This document shows positions 13,647 to 25,949 of a DNA stretch of 64,000 nucleotides, piece after piece. Source of the stretch: Okamejei kenojei (Eukaryota); contig CM069159.1 of the NCBI GenBank assembly GCA_035221665.1, forward strand, positions 22,258,001-22,322,000, read 5' to 3'. The number at the start of each line of letters is the position of its first letter. Position 1 is the stretch's first letter. The position numbers and the translations under genes were made by a program. Under the pieces are notes generated by a model that did not search any database, was not told the DNA's origin, and worked only from the letters and a program-made list of their open reading frames with translations.

Positions 13647-15079
13647 CTGGAGGAGAACAAGCATGCGCATTAAACAGCTAGAAGGGAATCAATTCACTTA
13701 ATATTAGAAATACTTTTCACACAAAAGCAGCCCAGGCACATCAGAGTTATCATATTGAAATAACCTCCTGTGATACAATACAAAGGGGTTGATCTCGAGA
13801 GTGATGGATAGGAGAACCAAGCTGGCAGTTTATCGTTCAACTCTGCAGATTTTTATTTCCATAGGGAGGAGATGAGGTGCTTCAGTGCCATAACATTTTA
13901 GAGCTCTATGATATACAATGGTTCATATAAAAATGAACACATTGAGGTTTGCTAGCCTCTGCATTGTGCTAATGCTTCCTTTGGCACATCATTTTTTTCT
14001 CTTATTTTTCCCAGTAATTAGAAAGTTAAATATATGAGGTTCTGTTTATGGCACAATGAGCTTCACCCTCATCATGCCTCTTGCAGTTAAGTACATTTCA
14101 GGCTAGATTTGTCAGCTGACATTAGGATTTCTATGTAAAAGAGGTTTGGGTAATCTCATTCTGCACGTGAGTTTGCCACAGTGCAAAGTGGCACCTATTT
14201 TGATATCAAATGGATGTCCTAATTTTGACTGACTGCATGGATTCAGAAAAATAAAATATCTCCCGGCACTGTTCAAAGTGGTCCCTCTAGTTGGTAATAA
14301 AACACATCATACAGGGTTTTGCACCTAATCTGTCTGTGAGTTATTAATGCTAACACAAAATCACAGATTCTCACAATACATTATGCCATTAAATATGAAT
14401 GTGTTCACATCAACAGGAAATAACTGATTGGAAGAGCAACTTAAGTTGCTGAAGTGGGACAGTTCTATTTCACAGGTCAAATACTCTTCAACTGTATGCA
14501 CAAGTCATCATCAAACAGAATTAAACCTTGATTTCTTCTCAACATAATTTTGGTATCCAAGTGCAGAATAATAACTGCTAGTACACATCATTCTGTAATG
14601 AGAGCTCAAACACATTGTTTTGCCAGTAACAAGATGTAAGCAGAATTCATAAAGTTTCAACATGGCGTACAAAATATTTAATTACCTCAGAATCCCTCAG
14701 TGTATTGAGTGAAATATAATAGCTACAAACCACTTATTTTCAATATCACAAGCTATGAAGCTAGTCTTACTTGCATGGAATACACACATCATCCATATTA
14801 AATAGATATCATTAAACCTGGATTCACCATGAACCATTTAAAATAATGTAGATATCACCTTCATGATGTTAACAAAGTGCTTAAGCACAGGTTCAGAATA
14901 ACATTGCAAAGAGCTCCTATGCATTTCACTTTCTCCTATAGTCTATTTAGAAAGAGATTGGTAATGTTTGGAAATGAATCCTCAATGACTGGAGGCCTGA
15001 GACAGATGGGAGGTAAATATTGTAAAAATCCACCTATGGTCATTCTGCAAATTACAAAGGGAATGCTTTCCTGGAAAAC

Positions 15080-15170
15080 ATTTTTGAAGATAGACCCAAA
15101 ATGCTGGAGCATGACAGGCAGCATATGTGGAGAGAAGGAATGGGTAACATTTTGGGTCAAGACCTTTGTT
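15080..15170 (-). mobile_element. Degenerate Penelope-like 3' module
   Basis: GAAGATAGACCCAAAATGCTGGAG...GGCAGCAT...GGAGAGAAGGAATGGGTAACATTTTGGGTCAAGACC. Confidence 0.7.
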
Positions 15171-15267
15171 TTACTGCAGTTGGTCAAGCAAAATGTTCCA
15201 TAATAATTCTGGGGAGTAAGGGTTTATGATCTCAGTTCTTCACCTGATTGCTGACCCCAACCAGGAG

Positions 15268-15490
15268 GAACAAAGAACTGCGGATGCTGATTTATACCAA
15301 AGATAGATACAATGTGCTAGCGTAACTCAGTGGGTCAGGCAACATACCTGGAGAAAAAGTATGGGCGATGTTTCGGGTCGGGACTGGGTCAGGTCCGAAG
15401 AAGGGTCCCAACCCAAAACATCACCCATCCTCTTTCTCCAGAGATACTGCCTGACCTACTGAGTTACTCCAGCAGTTTGTGTCTATCTTT
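15268..15490. mobile_element. Palindromic Penelope-derived module (two inverted 3' ends)
   Basis: Left arm is minus and right arm plus; they meet at the hammerhead-like cores near 15385-15395. Confidence 0.8.
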
Positions 15491-16559
15491 ACTACAAAAA
15501 TGCAGGTCCTCATTCACTTCCCCAGTAACCAACTGTGCTGCAATCCATTGGATCTTGCCTTTACTGAGCAGATGTCCTGCTGGGTTAGTTCTTCGTGTGA
15601 AACCTGATACTATGTTGGCTGTGCCTGACCTGTTGCATCACATGTAAGTGGTGCTGGAGCCTGATGTAACTGGCAATCGTTTACAGTTCCTGCTAATCCT
15701 GATCGACTAAATGCTGTGTAAAAGACCATCAAATCCAATATTCCATTTGCCAAACACTGCAGGTTCAGCTGAAGTAAACAGTAATTTACCCTTTAAATCA
15801 TAATTAACACAACAGATTGAAGATTCTGAAGCCATACTGGTTGATAAGGAAGGGGCCATTACCATTAAAATATGGAATTCTTTCCAATTAATTTAGTCAG
15901 TTATCGACATACTCAGAGCAATTTTGTAGAAATGCACTTTTCCCAAACAATGATATGTGTAAATGTGAAGTTAATGAGAAGATAAAGGAGTCGCCTATTG
16001 GAGGCTGAAATCGTAACTGACACAAATAAAGTGCATGTAGTTATTGGAGGTCAAGAGAGCAGTGCAGAAGTTCTGCCATCAACTGCATCATTATCCAACT
16101 CCCTTCCTTTGTACATCAGGGTGATCCTGCTTGATGATGCATTTCATACTGGCCTGATGACTGGACAACATGTTGGCTTGGGATGAGCAGTGACAATATA
16201 TATAATTGCAAAAAAAAATTCAACATCAACATCATAACAGAATCAAACTCTGTCACCACTAATCCCTCAGGGTGATCGCTAACCTAAAGGCCCGATGGAG
16301 CATCCAGCGCTACACTCTTGCAGCAGCAACAGAGTAAACGCAGGGATATCTGTGACGTGGTTCGTTTCTTGTAACTTTAAAGCCTCTTTATGCTCATCAC
16401 GTTTGCAATGAAAGGCTCAGGAACTACTTGAAGGTTTGCAACTGTAACAGGAACATCAATGGCATCGAGGACTGAGCAAGGTGCCTGCTCATCACTCGAC
16501 AACCGCATCATCTAAAGTCCATGTTAGCTACATCATGCAATGTACCAATTCATCAGACA

Positions 16560-17187
16560 CCGGTGAAGTAGGTGTCCAGCCTCTCAACAACAACCATCAA
16601 GAAAGAGAAGTGAAACAATGTTACTGTGATCTCCAATTTGGGTCGCATGGCCAAAGGGACCGTCGGGTCGTCGCTGCACCCCAGCAGCAGGCCTGGCTCG
16701 TCCGTTGTGAAACCGGAGAACCTGCCTGGAGAGGGAAGCAGCCGATCCTGGCACCTGCTCATCCCCGAGGACCAGAGAAACGGAGAAGAGAGTGGAGAGA
16801 ATCGGCGATGGCGGATGCAAGAACAAAGAGCTGGTAAGGAGAACTGGGGGTCTTGCCTTCCGCGCCCTCAAGGTCATCTGCGGGTGGCGTCCCCAGAGCT
16901 CACAGGCTGAAAGGTGCCTGGGCTACGACGGTTCGCTCTGGGCTATGACGATCCAGATTATGGTGACGGCTGCCACGGCTCTCTATAGCCAGCTGCAGCT
17001 TGGACTTTGAAAATGGTGTCAAACCTGACGACGCTTGATTATGGTGTCAGTGTGCTAATTCTATACAATTTGTACCTAATCTGGGATTGTACTTATTATG
17101 TATGGTAATAATTTACTGAACTGTATGGAAAAAAAAATAATTTCACTAAACCTTGGTACTTGTGATAATAAAGAACCATTGAACCAT
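16560..17187 (+). mobile_element. CpG-rich non-autonomous retroposon-like element with LINE-type tail (TTTCACTAAACCTTGGTACTTGTGATAATAAAG)
   Basis: Abrupt CpG-rich body; the 3' tail matches the reverse-complement tails at 22412 and 25040. Confidence 0.55.
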
Positions 17188-19542
17188 CATGGTGAAGGTA
17201 ACTTGATCTGGATCTGCATTACTTTTTGTTCTTCATCTGCTCCAAAATCCCGGAATTCCTAAAGTAATATTGTTAGCAAGCCACCAAAAATGGAAGATGG
17301 CTCAATGGTTTAAGGAATGGGTTCACCACCACGTTCTCAGAGTAACTAGTTAATAACATTAATAAATGTGTCCCTGCCAGAACTGCCTATATTCAAGAAC
17401 AAATAAGGAATATAAAACATGTGGGGAATGGATCCATATTACTGATGTACCAAAACACTGAGCTGTAATAGTGTGACTAATTTGATTTGATCGTACATGC
17501 CTCGTTTGGAAAAAATGAACTATTCTTCTCACTATTAAAAATGTTCACGTAAAAAAGGTTCTTTGGACTTTCAAACAGCTGCTGAGATATTTAGTCTCTT
17601 CAAGAAATCTTTCATAGCTACAACATTAAGATTTAATGGGTGAGCATTGACTGTGAGGTAAACTGGTATTTAATCTCTGTTTACACATTCAGTTCATACA
17701 GCCTGATCTTTGATAAAGTGCTGGAACTGATAAAGTGCAAATTCTGAACGCAAATATGATCTCATGAGTCCAACCTAACTGTTTATGTAGGGAACGTTGT
17801 CATCAAAGTGAAATAGAAGAGCAGAAATTAATTTGTGTTAAGAGATTTCAAATCTCTAATTATAACAATAATAACAATATGTTCTTCTTTTTTCTCTTCT
17901 TCTCCCCCTCCTCCCGTCATGTCTGAGGATGATTTACTTCCACTCTGGCTCTGTGGGTTCTGAAGAGACTGATGAAGACAATGTTGGAAACGCACACTTT
18001 TCCACATTTGGGAAGGGAGTGTTTGACGGTGAGGATGGTTGGTTTGGGAGATTTTTAATTCATTCTTCTATTGATGCTGGACGCTGTAAAGTTCTTACTG
18101 CCTTCGAATCAGAAGCCTTCGGGTGTTCTCTGATAAATATCACATTTGTCCTTCTATCAGGGCTCACTTTCCCACGGAGTCAAGTAAAAAGAACTTACTT
18201 CAGAACATCCACAACCTCAAAATCCGTTAAGTCAATTTCAACGAAGAAAGTAACTTTCATTGTAGCTGTGATTGAGGCTGGCTATTAGTGTTCCTCTTCT
18301 CTTGGTGTATCTGCTCAGGTTATTTCTTGTGTTTTCCTCAGTTCCAGAAAAGGCAGGGGCAGTTGAATGAGACAGCGAGCCAACTCTTGTAAAGCTGGGG
18401 ATTCACTGACAGCAGGATGTAGGACTAATCTCTGCTTGTTTTCGAAAATTAAACAAACAAAACTGCAAATCAACAAAAGCCATTGCCATGAATCTCAGTA
18501 AATTTAGAACATTGTTGTCAAAGCCATTGATGGATTTGTCTGAATCCAGCCTACTTATTTTAAATTCATTAAGTCTCATATTGATGAAGAGTCAGTTTCT
18601 AATGGACACACGCTCAACTATACACCATTCACAAGCAACAGTAAACTATTCAATTATATCTACTTTTCAATACTGTCCTGAAGAGAAGGCAATGTAGTAA
18701 ACTATAGGAGACAGCCCAGAACTAATGAACAGTAGATGGGTAAAATCCATGAGCATTCATGAATCAGACTGGTGGCATAAGCTGAATGAAAAGTATTGCA
18801 ACTATAACAAAATCACGGACTGTTCCACAGAAGTTGGATGAATCAATTTTAAATATTATCATTGCAATGAATCACTCATCATCTCCCAGTAAATTCAACA
18901 TTCTTTGAATACATCAGAAAGGTAAAGAATGAAAATCAACTATTTGGATTTTGTGTTGGTAAGGGTGATTACACTTTGACAGGGGCATGCACCCTATTTC
19001 CCTTATTTCTCCCTTTGCAACCAAAAGGTTGAACTGAGAAATTAAATATCAGGATACAGATAATATGACCCACGATCTGCCGAGGTTTGGGCTGTTGGGG
19101 AAGACTTTGCTTCACTCCGGCTCGACAATGGGTTTCAACAGAGAATGAGGGAATTAACTCATGAGTTTCAATCTTCTAGAATGCCACAATAGTGCAGTTT
19201 CGCTTGGCTGGCTTTACTTATTTTGTCAATTGAAATTCTTAAAATACATATCAAATTACGATGTGGCTCTCACTGACAATGCATCGTTTGCCGTTTGTCT
19301 TTAAATGTCCCTGAAGTGAGGAAAAACTTAAAAGACAACCACACTGTTGGGTCTGGAGTCATGTATAGGCCAGACTGGGAATGGATGCCAGGTTTCTTGT
19401 GAAGTACATTGATGAACCAGTTTGGATTTTTATGATGATCTATGGCTACGAAGATCAAGACCACATTTTCATTCCAGATTTCTTTAATTACCTGAATTTA
19501 TATATTACAGCTCTGCACTGTGGTTCAATTCAATGTTCAATT

Positions 19543-19842
19543 TTAGTCTAGTTTAGTTTAATTTAGAGATACAGCGTGGAAACAGGCCCTTCGGCCCACC
19601 GAGTCCGCGCCGACCAGCGATCCCCATACACTTACACTATCCTACACACCAGGGGCAATTTACTATTTCACCAAAGCCAATCAGCCTACAAACCTGTACG
19701 TCTTTGGAATGTGGGAGGAAACCAGAGATCCTGGTCATGGGAAGACCATACAAACACCGTACAGACAGTACTTGTAGTCAGGATCGAACCCAGGGCTCTG
19801 GCACTGTAAGGCAGCAGCTTTACCGCTAGCCACAGTGCCGCC
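19543..19842 (-). mobile_element. HE1-like V-SINE (young)
   Basis: (TTTAG)n tail, V-domain, A/B boxes (B-box GGTTCGATCC) on the minus strand. Confidence 0.9.
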
Positions 19843-20009
19843 TCAATTCTGGATGCTTGTCCAATAACTAAGCCATGATGCTGGTGCACCCAACAACTTC
19901 AGCCTCAGTCTGCGTTGAAACTGGATTAAGGAATACCCGTTTGAACCCATATCTATGTATAAATAGCACATAATCTGTCATTTTACTGAAACAAGAAACT
20001 ACATTTGCT

Positions 20010-20310
20010 GGAATCTTGAGCAAAGAACAAACTGTGGTGGAATTCAGCAGGCCAGGCAGCGTTGGTTGAAGGAAATGGATGGACGATATTTTAGGTTGGG
20101 ACATTCCTTTCACTGATGCTGAGTTCCTCCAGCAGTTTCTTTTTTGCTGCAATTTAGAAGCCAATTAATCTACCAATTAGCACATCTTTGGAATATGGAA
20201 GGAAGATGGAGCAGCCAAGGAGAAACATATGAGGTCCTGGGGAGAATGGATAGCACCGGTGGACAGAATTCAACATGAATTGCTGGTGTTGTGAGATAGC
20301 GACACTATGC
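20010..20310. mobile_element. Old Penelope 3' module (20010-20150) adjoining a degenerate V-SINE (20155-20310, minus)
   Basis: CAGCAGGCCAGGCAGC...GCTGAGTTCCTCCAGC, then GCCAATTAATCTACC...CATCTTTGGAATATGGAAGGAA. Confidence 0.6.
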
Positions 20311-20486
20311 GAAGTGAGACTATATCAGTGCAGACATATATGCCTATATCTATTATGCCCCTGTCTCACTGTGCGAGTTGACCCACGAGGTACCCCGAGT
20401 GATAGACTCGTGGCTGCGCACGAGACTGCAAGTGTATGATCAAGTGTGTGGCCGAGTTCCCACGGGTATGTAATTGCTGCGATGTT

Positions 20487-20544
20487 GCAAGTTCCTCTCC
20501 CGAGTTAGCAAGTTCCTCTCCCGAGTTAGCAAGTTCCTCTCCCG
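20487..20544. repeat. 21-bp tandem repeat GCAAGTTCCTCTCCCGAGTTA, ~2.8 copies
   Basis: Directly visible. Confidence 0.9.
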
Positions 20545-20759
20545 TTACTCTTGAGCCAACCGTGAATGAAGGTATGGTTTAATAAAGCAACAATGTTAAA
20601 ATACATCTCCATCCTGTGGTTTTGAGTTATTTCAGCGCGGCCGCATCTATTGATATGACCTACAATGGGAAAATGCGCATTCTACCAAGCATTTCTTGTT
20701 TTTTTATGTTTTTAAATACTTTTTTGCAATGGATCTCTATTTTAAATAATTTTAAAAAA

Positions 20760-20809
20760 GGAAGCAGCCCGGGTGACTGACATTGAGCGGCCGTTGGGAC
20801 CCGACAGCA

Positions 20810-20866
<57 letters not shown>

Positions 20867-21595
20867 AGAGAGAGATACACACAGACAGCAGCTGGCCACC
20901 ACTTCAGAGGAATTAAGCAGCTCGGGTGACTGAGCNNNNNNNNNNNNNNNNNNNNNNNNNNNNNNNNNNNNNNNNNNNNNNNNNNNNNNNNNNNNNNNNN
21001 NNNNNNNNNNNNNNNNNNNNNNNNNNNNNNNNNNNNNNNNNNNNNNNNNNNNNNNNNNNNNNNNNNNNNNNNNNNNNNNNNNNNNNNNNNNNNNNNNNNN
21101 NNNNNNNNNNNNNNNACTTCAGAGGAATGAGGCAGCTCGGGTGACTTTGAGCGGCCNNNNNNNNNNNNNNNNNNNNNNNNNNNNNNNNNNNNNNNNNNNN
21201 NNNNNNNNNNNNNNNNNNNNNNNNNNNNNNNNNNNNNNNNNNNNNNNNNNNNNNNNNNNNNNNNNNNNNNNNNNNNNNNNNNNNNNACTTCAGAGGAATT
21301 AAGCAGCTCGGGTGACTTTGAGCNNNNNNNNNNNNNNNNNNNNNNNNNNNNNNNNNNNNNNNNNNNNNNNNNNNNNNNNNNNNNNNNNNNNNNNNNNNNN
21401 NNNNNNNNNNNNNNNNNNNNNNNNNNNNNNNNNNNNNNNNNNNNNNNNNNNNNNNNNNNNNNNNNNNNNNNNNNNNNNNNNNNNNNNNNGGAATCAAGCA
21501 GCTCGGGTGACTTTGAGCGGCCACCGGGACCCGACAGCAGACACACACACAGATACACACAGATAGACAGAGAGGGAGAGAGACACACACACACA
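20760..21595. repeat. ~170-215-bp minisatellite (ACTTCAGAGGAATTAAGCAGCTCGGGTGACTTTGAGC + CA/GA microsatellite) with three assembly N-gaps
   Basis: The core recurs at ~20760, 20901, 21116, 21287 and 21490, separated by (CA)n or N runs. Confidence 0.85.
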
Positions 21596-21770
21596 ACTCA
21601 GCGGACCAGGCAGCATCTCTGGAGAGAAGGAATAGAGTCGAGACCCTTCTTCAGACTTACCTGAAATGCCACCCATTCCTTCGCTCCAGAGATGCTGCCT
21701 GTCCCGCCAGGTTACTCCAGCATTGTGTGTGTCTATCTCCGGTGTGAACCAGCATCTGCAGTTCCTTCCC
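21590..21770. mobile_element. Palindromic Penelope-derived module
   Basis: AACTCAGCGGACCAGGCAGCATCTCTGGAG...CCCTTCTTCAGAC, then inverted CCCATTCC...GATGCTGCC...CAGCATCTGCAGTTCC. Confidence 0.8.
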
Positions 21771-21914
21771 AATCCCACACTCTCGGCCCCGGGGGGGTGG
21801 ATGGAGCATCACACGTGGACACATCCCACCCACCACCCCAGACTTGCCCCTACGGCAGGTCTTTAAGCCGTTCATTGAGACAGAGTGAAGCCACGGGGAC
21901 AAGTGGCAGAAAGG

Positions 21915-22072
21915 CCGAAGATAGACACGAAATGCTGGAGTAACTCTGCGGGACAGGCTGCATCTCTGGAGCGAAGGAAAGTCTGAAGAAGGGTCTCGAC
22001 TCTATTCCTTCTCTCCAGAGATGCTGCCTGGTCCGCTGAGTTATAAACTCCAGCATTTTGTGTCTATCTTTG
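21915..22072. mobile_element. Palindromic Penelope-derived module
   Basis: GATAGACACGAAATGCTGGAG...GTCTGAAGAAGGGTCTCGAC...CTCCAGCATTTTGTGTCTATC. Confidence 0.8.
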
Positions 22073-22411
22073 GTTCAGTCTTACGAGCAAAAGAACAGAT
22101 TATTAAAGTTCCCACGGTACACTCACGAGACACTAAGATAAACGCACGGGGCCACTACGTTATTACAACGAGTTAAAATGTTTCCATTTTACACTTGAAC
22201 AGTTAATTTGACTCGTGGAAAAAATCAAACATGTTTGATTTTTTTCACGAGTTAACAAGTTTCCCGAGTACCTGCCGTTAGCGCCACGAGTCGATAAGTT
22301 GCTCGTGCGAGTTCCGACGTTCCCGCTACGTGATCACCACGAGTGAAAACTCGGGGTCACTCGTGGGCCAACTCGCACAGTGAGACAGGGGTATTAGTAT
22401 GCACAATGTAT

Positions 22412-22590
22412 TAGTTTAGCTTAGTTTATTATTGTCACGTGTACTGAGGTAGAGCGAAAATATTTTTTGTTGCCTGCTATCCAGTGGCTTATTTGTAATA
22501 ATGTATAGTCTTTCCAATGACTATACGTTATTACAAATAAGCCATTCATAGTGTACAGATACAGGATAAAGTTTATAACATTTAGTGAAA
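22412..22590 (-). mobile_element. LINE-type 3' tail remnant with an internal inverted duplication
   Basis: GTTTATTATTGTCACGTGTACTGAGGTAGAGCGAAAA resembles the 25040 copy; 26-bp stem at 22485-22544. Confidence 0.6.
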
Positions 22591-23299
22591 TGCTGCTGCT
22601 GAATGAAGATTTAAAACAGTGGAGTGAATGTAATGTATGATCGATCCCCTTCTGGGACCAGCATGCAAGGAGTAACCTGGCCTAGCACCATCTTGGATCA
22701 ATTATTGACTTAACTATAGAGGTAAGATCAAGATATAACCCCCCTGGACTACCTGGGACCTGTGTTATTCACATACAATTTGTCCAGGAACCCTTTACAG
22801 TAGAAGTAATGGAACCTGGATGATTTAATTGGTTCTACCTGGGATATTGTTTTGAGATGCTGAATATCTTCATTGCCTGTAATCCAAAGCTGAAACAGCC
22901 TTCAGCATTGATCAAAGCTTCTGTAACTAATAACTGGTGCTCACAGGTTCCTTGATCTGCACCCAATGGCTGCCACTAATCACAGGGTTTTGGAACCATC
23001 CGTGACCAGAGGGCATGAATCACTCACTCCAAGCTTATGGAAAGTAATGGGAGAGATGCGTCTGTCAGGATGAGATGCTTTAACATTGCTGACCTATTTC
23101 CCATGAGTAAGCACAAGTCTGTGAAATACAAAGATCAGCTTTTTAAGTGCGTACATTTATTAAAGCAAGATTTTAATTTCAACATGTTTCGATGCTTTCT
23201 ATCATGGGCTAACAGTTCAGTCCATGGATAATGGGTGGATATCTGCCTTTTGAGTGGCAAGTGTGTCCCTTCCCAAATGATAGGCCAGGTCCTACTTAC

Positions 23300-23461
23300 C
23301 CCTCTTTCTCTTATTTTTCCGCTTCCTCTGCCTGTTCACAAAGCATGCAGCCAGAGTGCTGAATAAAATGGCTGCTGCCAGGAAGCAAATGGTGGCGACA
23401 ATCCCAGCCACAACTGGACGTGCCAAGCCTTCCTCCAGCACCTCAGGCGGTGAAAAGATGT
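23300..23461 (-). CDS. IGSF9B: IGSF9B transmembrane exon (DIFSPPEVLEEGLARPVVAGIVATICFLAAAILFSTLAACFVNRQRKRKNKRKR)
   Basis: Acceptor CTTTTAG|AC, donor AGGG|GTAAGT; 162 bp; hydrophobic helix followed by a polybasic stop-transfer stretch. Confidence 0.95.
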
Positions 23462-23576
23462 CTAAAAGCACAGAGAACTTGTCAAAGGAAACAACAATGG
23501 CCCACGCATTTGAACAACTTCTCTCAATCTTTATACAACGGAGGCTTCATCAAACAGTAACTTACGCACGGCTTAC

Positions 23577-23661
23577 CTGAGCTAGAAACCCCAACTACGT
23601 TGCTTGGCTCACTGATCAGGTCCTGCATGACAGCCATTACACGGAATTCATACCAGGAATC
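23577..23661 (-). CDS. IGSF9B: IGSF9B exon, FN3-2 end (DSWYEFRVMAVMQDLISEPSNVVGVSSS)
   Basis: Acceptor CTGTCAG|GAT, donor TCAG|GTAAGC; 85 bp. Confidence 0.95.
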
Positions 23662-24911
23662 CTGACAGAGGGAGAAAATAAAATGTCCACTTTTTATTCT
23701 GTTATCTCTAATACCCATTTTCTCCTTGTTCTTTAAGTAGAACCATAATTTTCTACAAGGATAAATCATCCCTTTTGCCTGTTATCATTTGAATCACCAC
23801 TGCAAACATGAAAGGACACAAAGTTTAATGTTTAGAGTGCATTACTGGGGCGGGTGGAACTAATGTTCAAAGGGTATCTTGGTCAGCATGAGCAAGTTGG
23901 GATGAAGGGCCTGTTTTTCATGCTTTAAGACTCTATATGTTATGATCAAACAAGGACCCCACCTGCAATCACCTGCCCTCCTGCCATTGTTTACACGCAT
24001 TGGAGTGCATTGACCAAACTGTGTTGTGATTTCTGCTCCATCCAATGTCTTCCATTTCTCTCCCAGCCAGAACTCGACGACCTCTGCATTTACAGAGAGC
24101 CTTTCATCTTCGCAGAAAGAGGAGTCCTTCATCTTATCATACATGATGGGTTTGATCTCATTCAAATAGTTAATCCATTGCACTAAAAAAATTGTAAAGT
24201 TTAGCCTTCCAAGGTGAAAGTCAAGGTAAATGTTCACCTTGATGCTTCGGTAGTAATGGGGAAGAGGAAACCAGTCTCCCGCCCAATGTTCATTCCATGC
24301 AAATTATTAGAATGAAACTCAGTCGGGATCTGTAATGTGTTCACACTGCAAGACAGGTCCCTGAGATAAAAACGTACCATATTAGCATAGAAAAAGACTC
24401 TATCAAGAGTGTATACCACAGCATTCCACTGTCTAATTGGTGGGTTCAGTTAAAATGGTGCATCTGTTTAACATATCATGGAACGCGGGGTGGACCATGC
24501 TAAGCCTAACGCCAGCTGAGGAGCGGCTGAGTGGTAGGCTTCTGGTTACTCCACAGAGTGCAGGAGAGTTCCTCCAAACTCTACACACTCCATGTTCGGC
24601 CCACAGCTATTGTTGTTCCCCAAAGAGGAATTACCTTATTCTGGACAAAAGACCAGGCAGTAAACCCTAGATGTGATCACGCTGTCTACATGATACCGAA
24701 ACACATCATGGCCTCTCCACAAGGCTACCCTGCAATTAGCTTGAGATCTGCTCTTGGGCGCTAGGGAACCTGCTGCGTGGTATTATTGGCCCAGATAAAT
24801 TGATTAAAGAAACCAGGTCCGGTATTAACAAATTACAGGTTTAGTCTAACACACCCCCACCCAGAAAATGGTGATCAATTACCTCATGTCAATATACTCT
24901 TTCGTAGGACC

Positions 24912-25140
24912 AGGGAACTACAGATGTTGGTCAATACACAAAACAATACAGTGCCAGAATAACACAGCAGGTTAAAACCTAACCTAAAACATCACCTATC
25001 CTTGTTCTCCAGAGATGCAGCCTGACCTGCCGAGTTAGCTTCAGTTTAGTTTATTGTCACTTGTACCAAGGTACATTGAAAAGCTTTAGTTGTGTGCTGA
25101 CCAGTGAGCGGAAAGAAAGTACTCCAGCACTTTGTGTTCT
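24912..25140. mobile_element. Old Penelope palindrome interrupted by a LINE-type tail fragment (~25040-25117)
   Basis: GCCGAGTTA|...|ACTCCAGCACTTTGTG is split by TCAGTTTAGTTTATTGTCACTTGTACCAAGGTACATTGAAAAGC. Confidence 0.65.
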
Positions 25141-25211
25141 ACTAAGGCTGTTCTTGCATCCACCCTGAATTTCTTGAAGATTCTTGCAGTAGCTGCTTGA
25201 TAATGCCTTAC

Positions 25212-25438
25212 CAGAGATAACTCCTTGGTCAGCAATTCGGTTTCAGTGCCAGGTATTGCTTCATCTAAAATCTCCCACCGTTCTCCCAGACGGAACTCCA
25301 TGATATAATGGCTGATCGGATAGCTATGGTTGGCTGGTGTAAGCCAAGACAGCAATACTCCTTGGTGTGTTCGATTGGCTGTTAGGCACCTTGGTGGAGA
25401 AAGCAGCACCAGTGGTTCTCGGGTGGTTATAGGGAAAG
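25212..25438 (-). CDS. IGSF9B: IGSF9B exon, FN3-2 first part (AFPITTREPLVLLSPPRCLTANRTHQGVLLSW...TELLTKELSL)
   Basis: Within ORF 25086..25541; acceptor CTTTCAG|CT, donor CTG|GTAAGG; 227 bp. Confidence 0.95.
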
Positions 25439-25579
25439 CTGAAAGAGTGAACAAGGTTATAGACTCTTCTGCTGAAAGTATTCTTCCGTAGCAGCGGCAC
25501 AATTTAATGCTACCCGATTGCAAATACAGAGCATCCAACACACACTACATAATCCTCTTTAGTATTTATGGATCGATTA

Positions 25580-25943
25580 GAGGTCCACCACCAATTTTCC
25601 AACAACTGGTGGTCAGGCTCCTCTTTTAAATCAGACAAAATGATGAGATTACACTTGAAATGTCCCCCTTGAAGTCCACCCCCAAAGATGTGGCACCTCG
25701 GCCGGGTAAGGCAGGTGAACTCAACCTAATTTGGTACTTCCACGGCTGATCGACGAGTGGAATCTGCCTCCTGCGACCGGGGCTCGACCTCCCCCAGCCG
25801 GTGACGGCAGATCTCTTCCCACAGCCGACTTCTGCGGGACGGTATCTCAGCCCCTCAAGGCCATGGCATCTGTTGGTCCGGACAAACAGATAATACAGCA
25901 AGGTTCTGGACGCAAGGGTGCCAGAAAATCAGTGGTGGACCTG
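25580..25943. mobile_element. Tc1/mariner-type MITE
   Basis: Imperfect TIRs GAGGTCCACCACCAATTTTC / GAAAATCAGTGGTGGACCTG, with TA flanking each end. Confidence 0.55.
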
Positions 25944-25949
25944 TATATA

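Larger units (their letters stand above)
20356..22393. mobile_element. ~2-kb PIF/Harbinger-type non-autonomous element containing a minisatellite and two Penelope palindromes
   Basis: ~45-bp TIRs TGCCCCTGTCTCACTGTGCGAGTTGACCCACGAG / CTCGTGGGCCAACTCGCACAGTGAGACAGGGGTA; TTA TSD at 20353-20355 and 22394-22396. Confidence 0.85.

Noticed and set aside
20900-21520. Regularly spaced ~37-bp repeats resembling a CRISPR array
   Set aside because: Vertebrate context with no cas genes; the apparent spacers are N-gaps or CA microsatellite within a minisatellite. The X-containing ORFs are artefacts.
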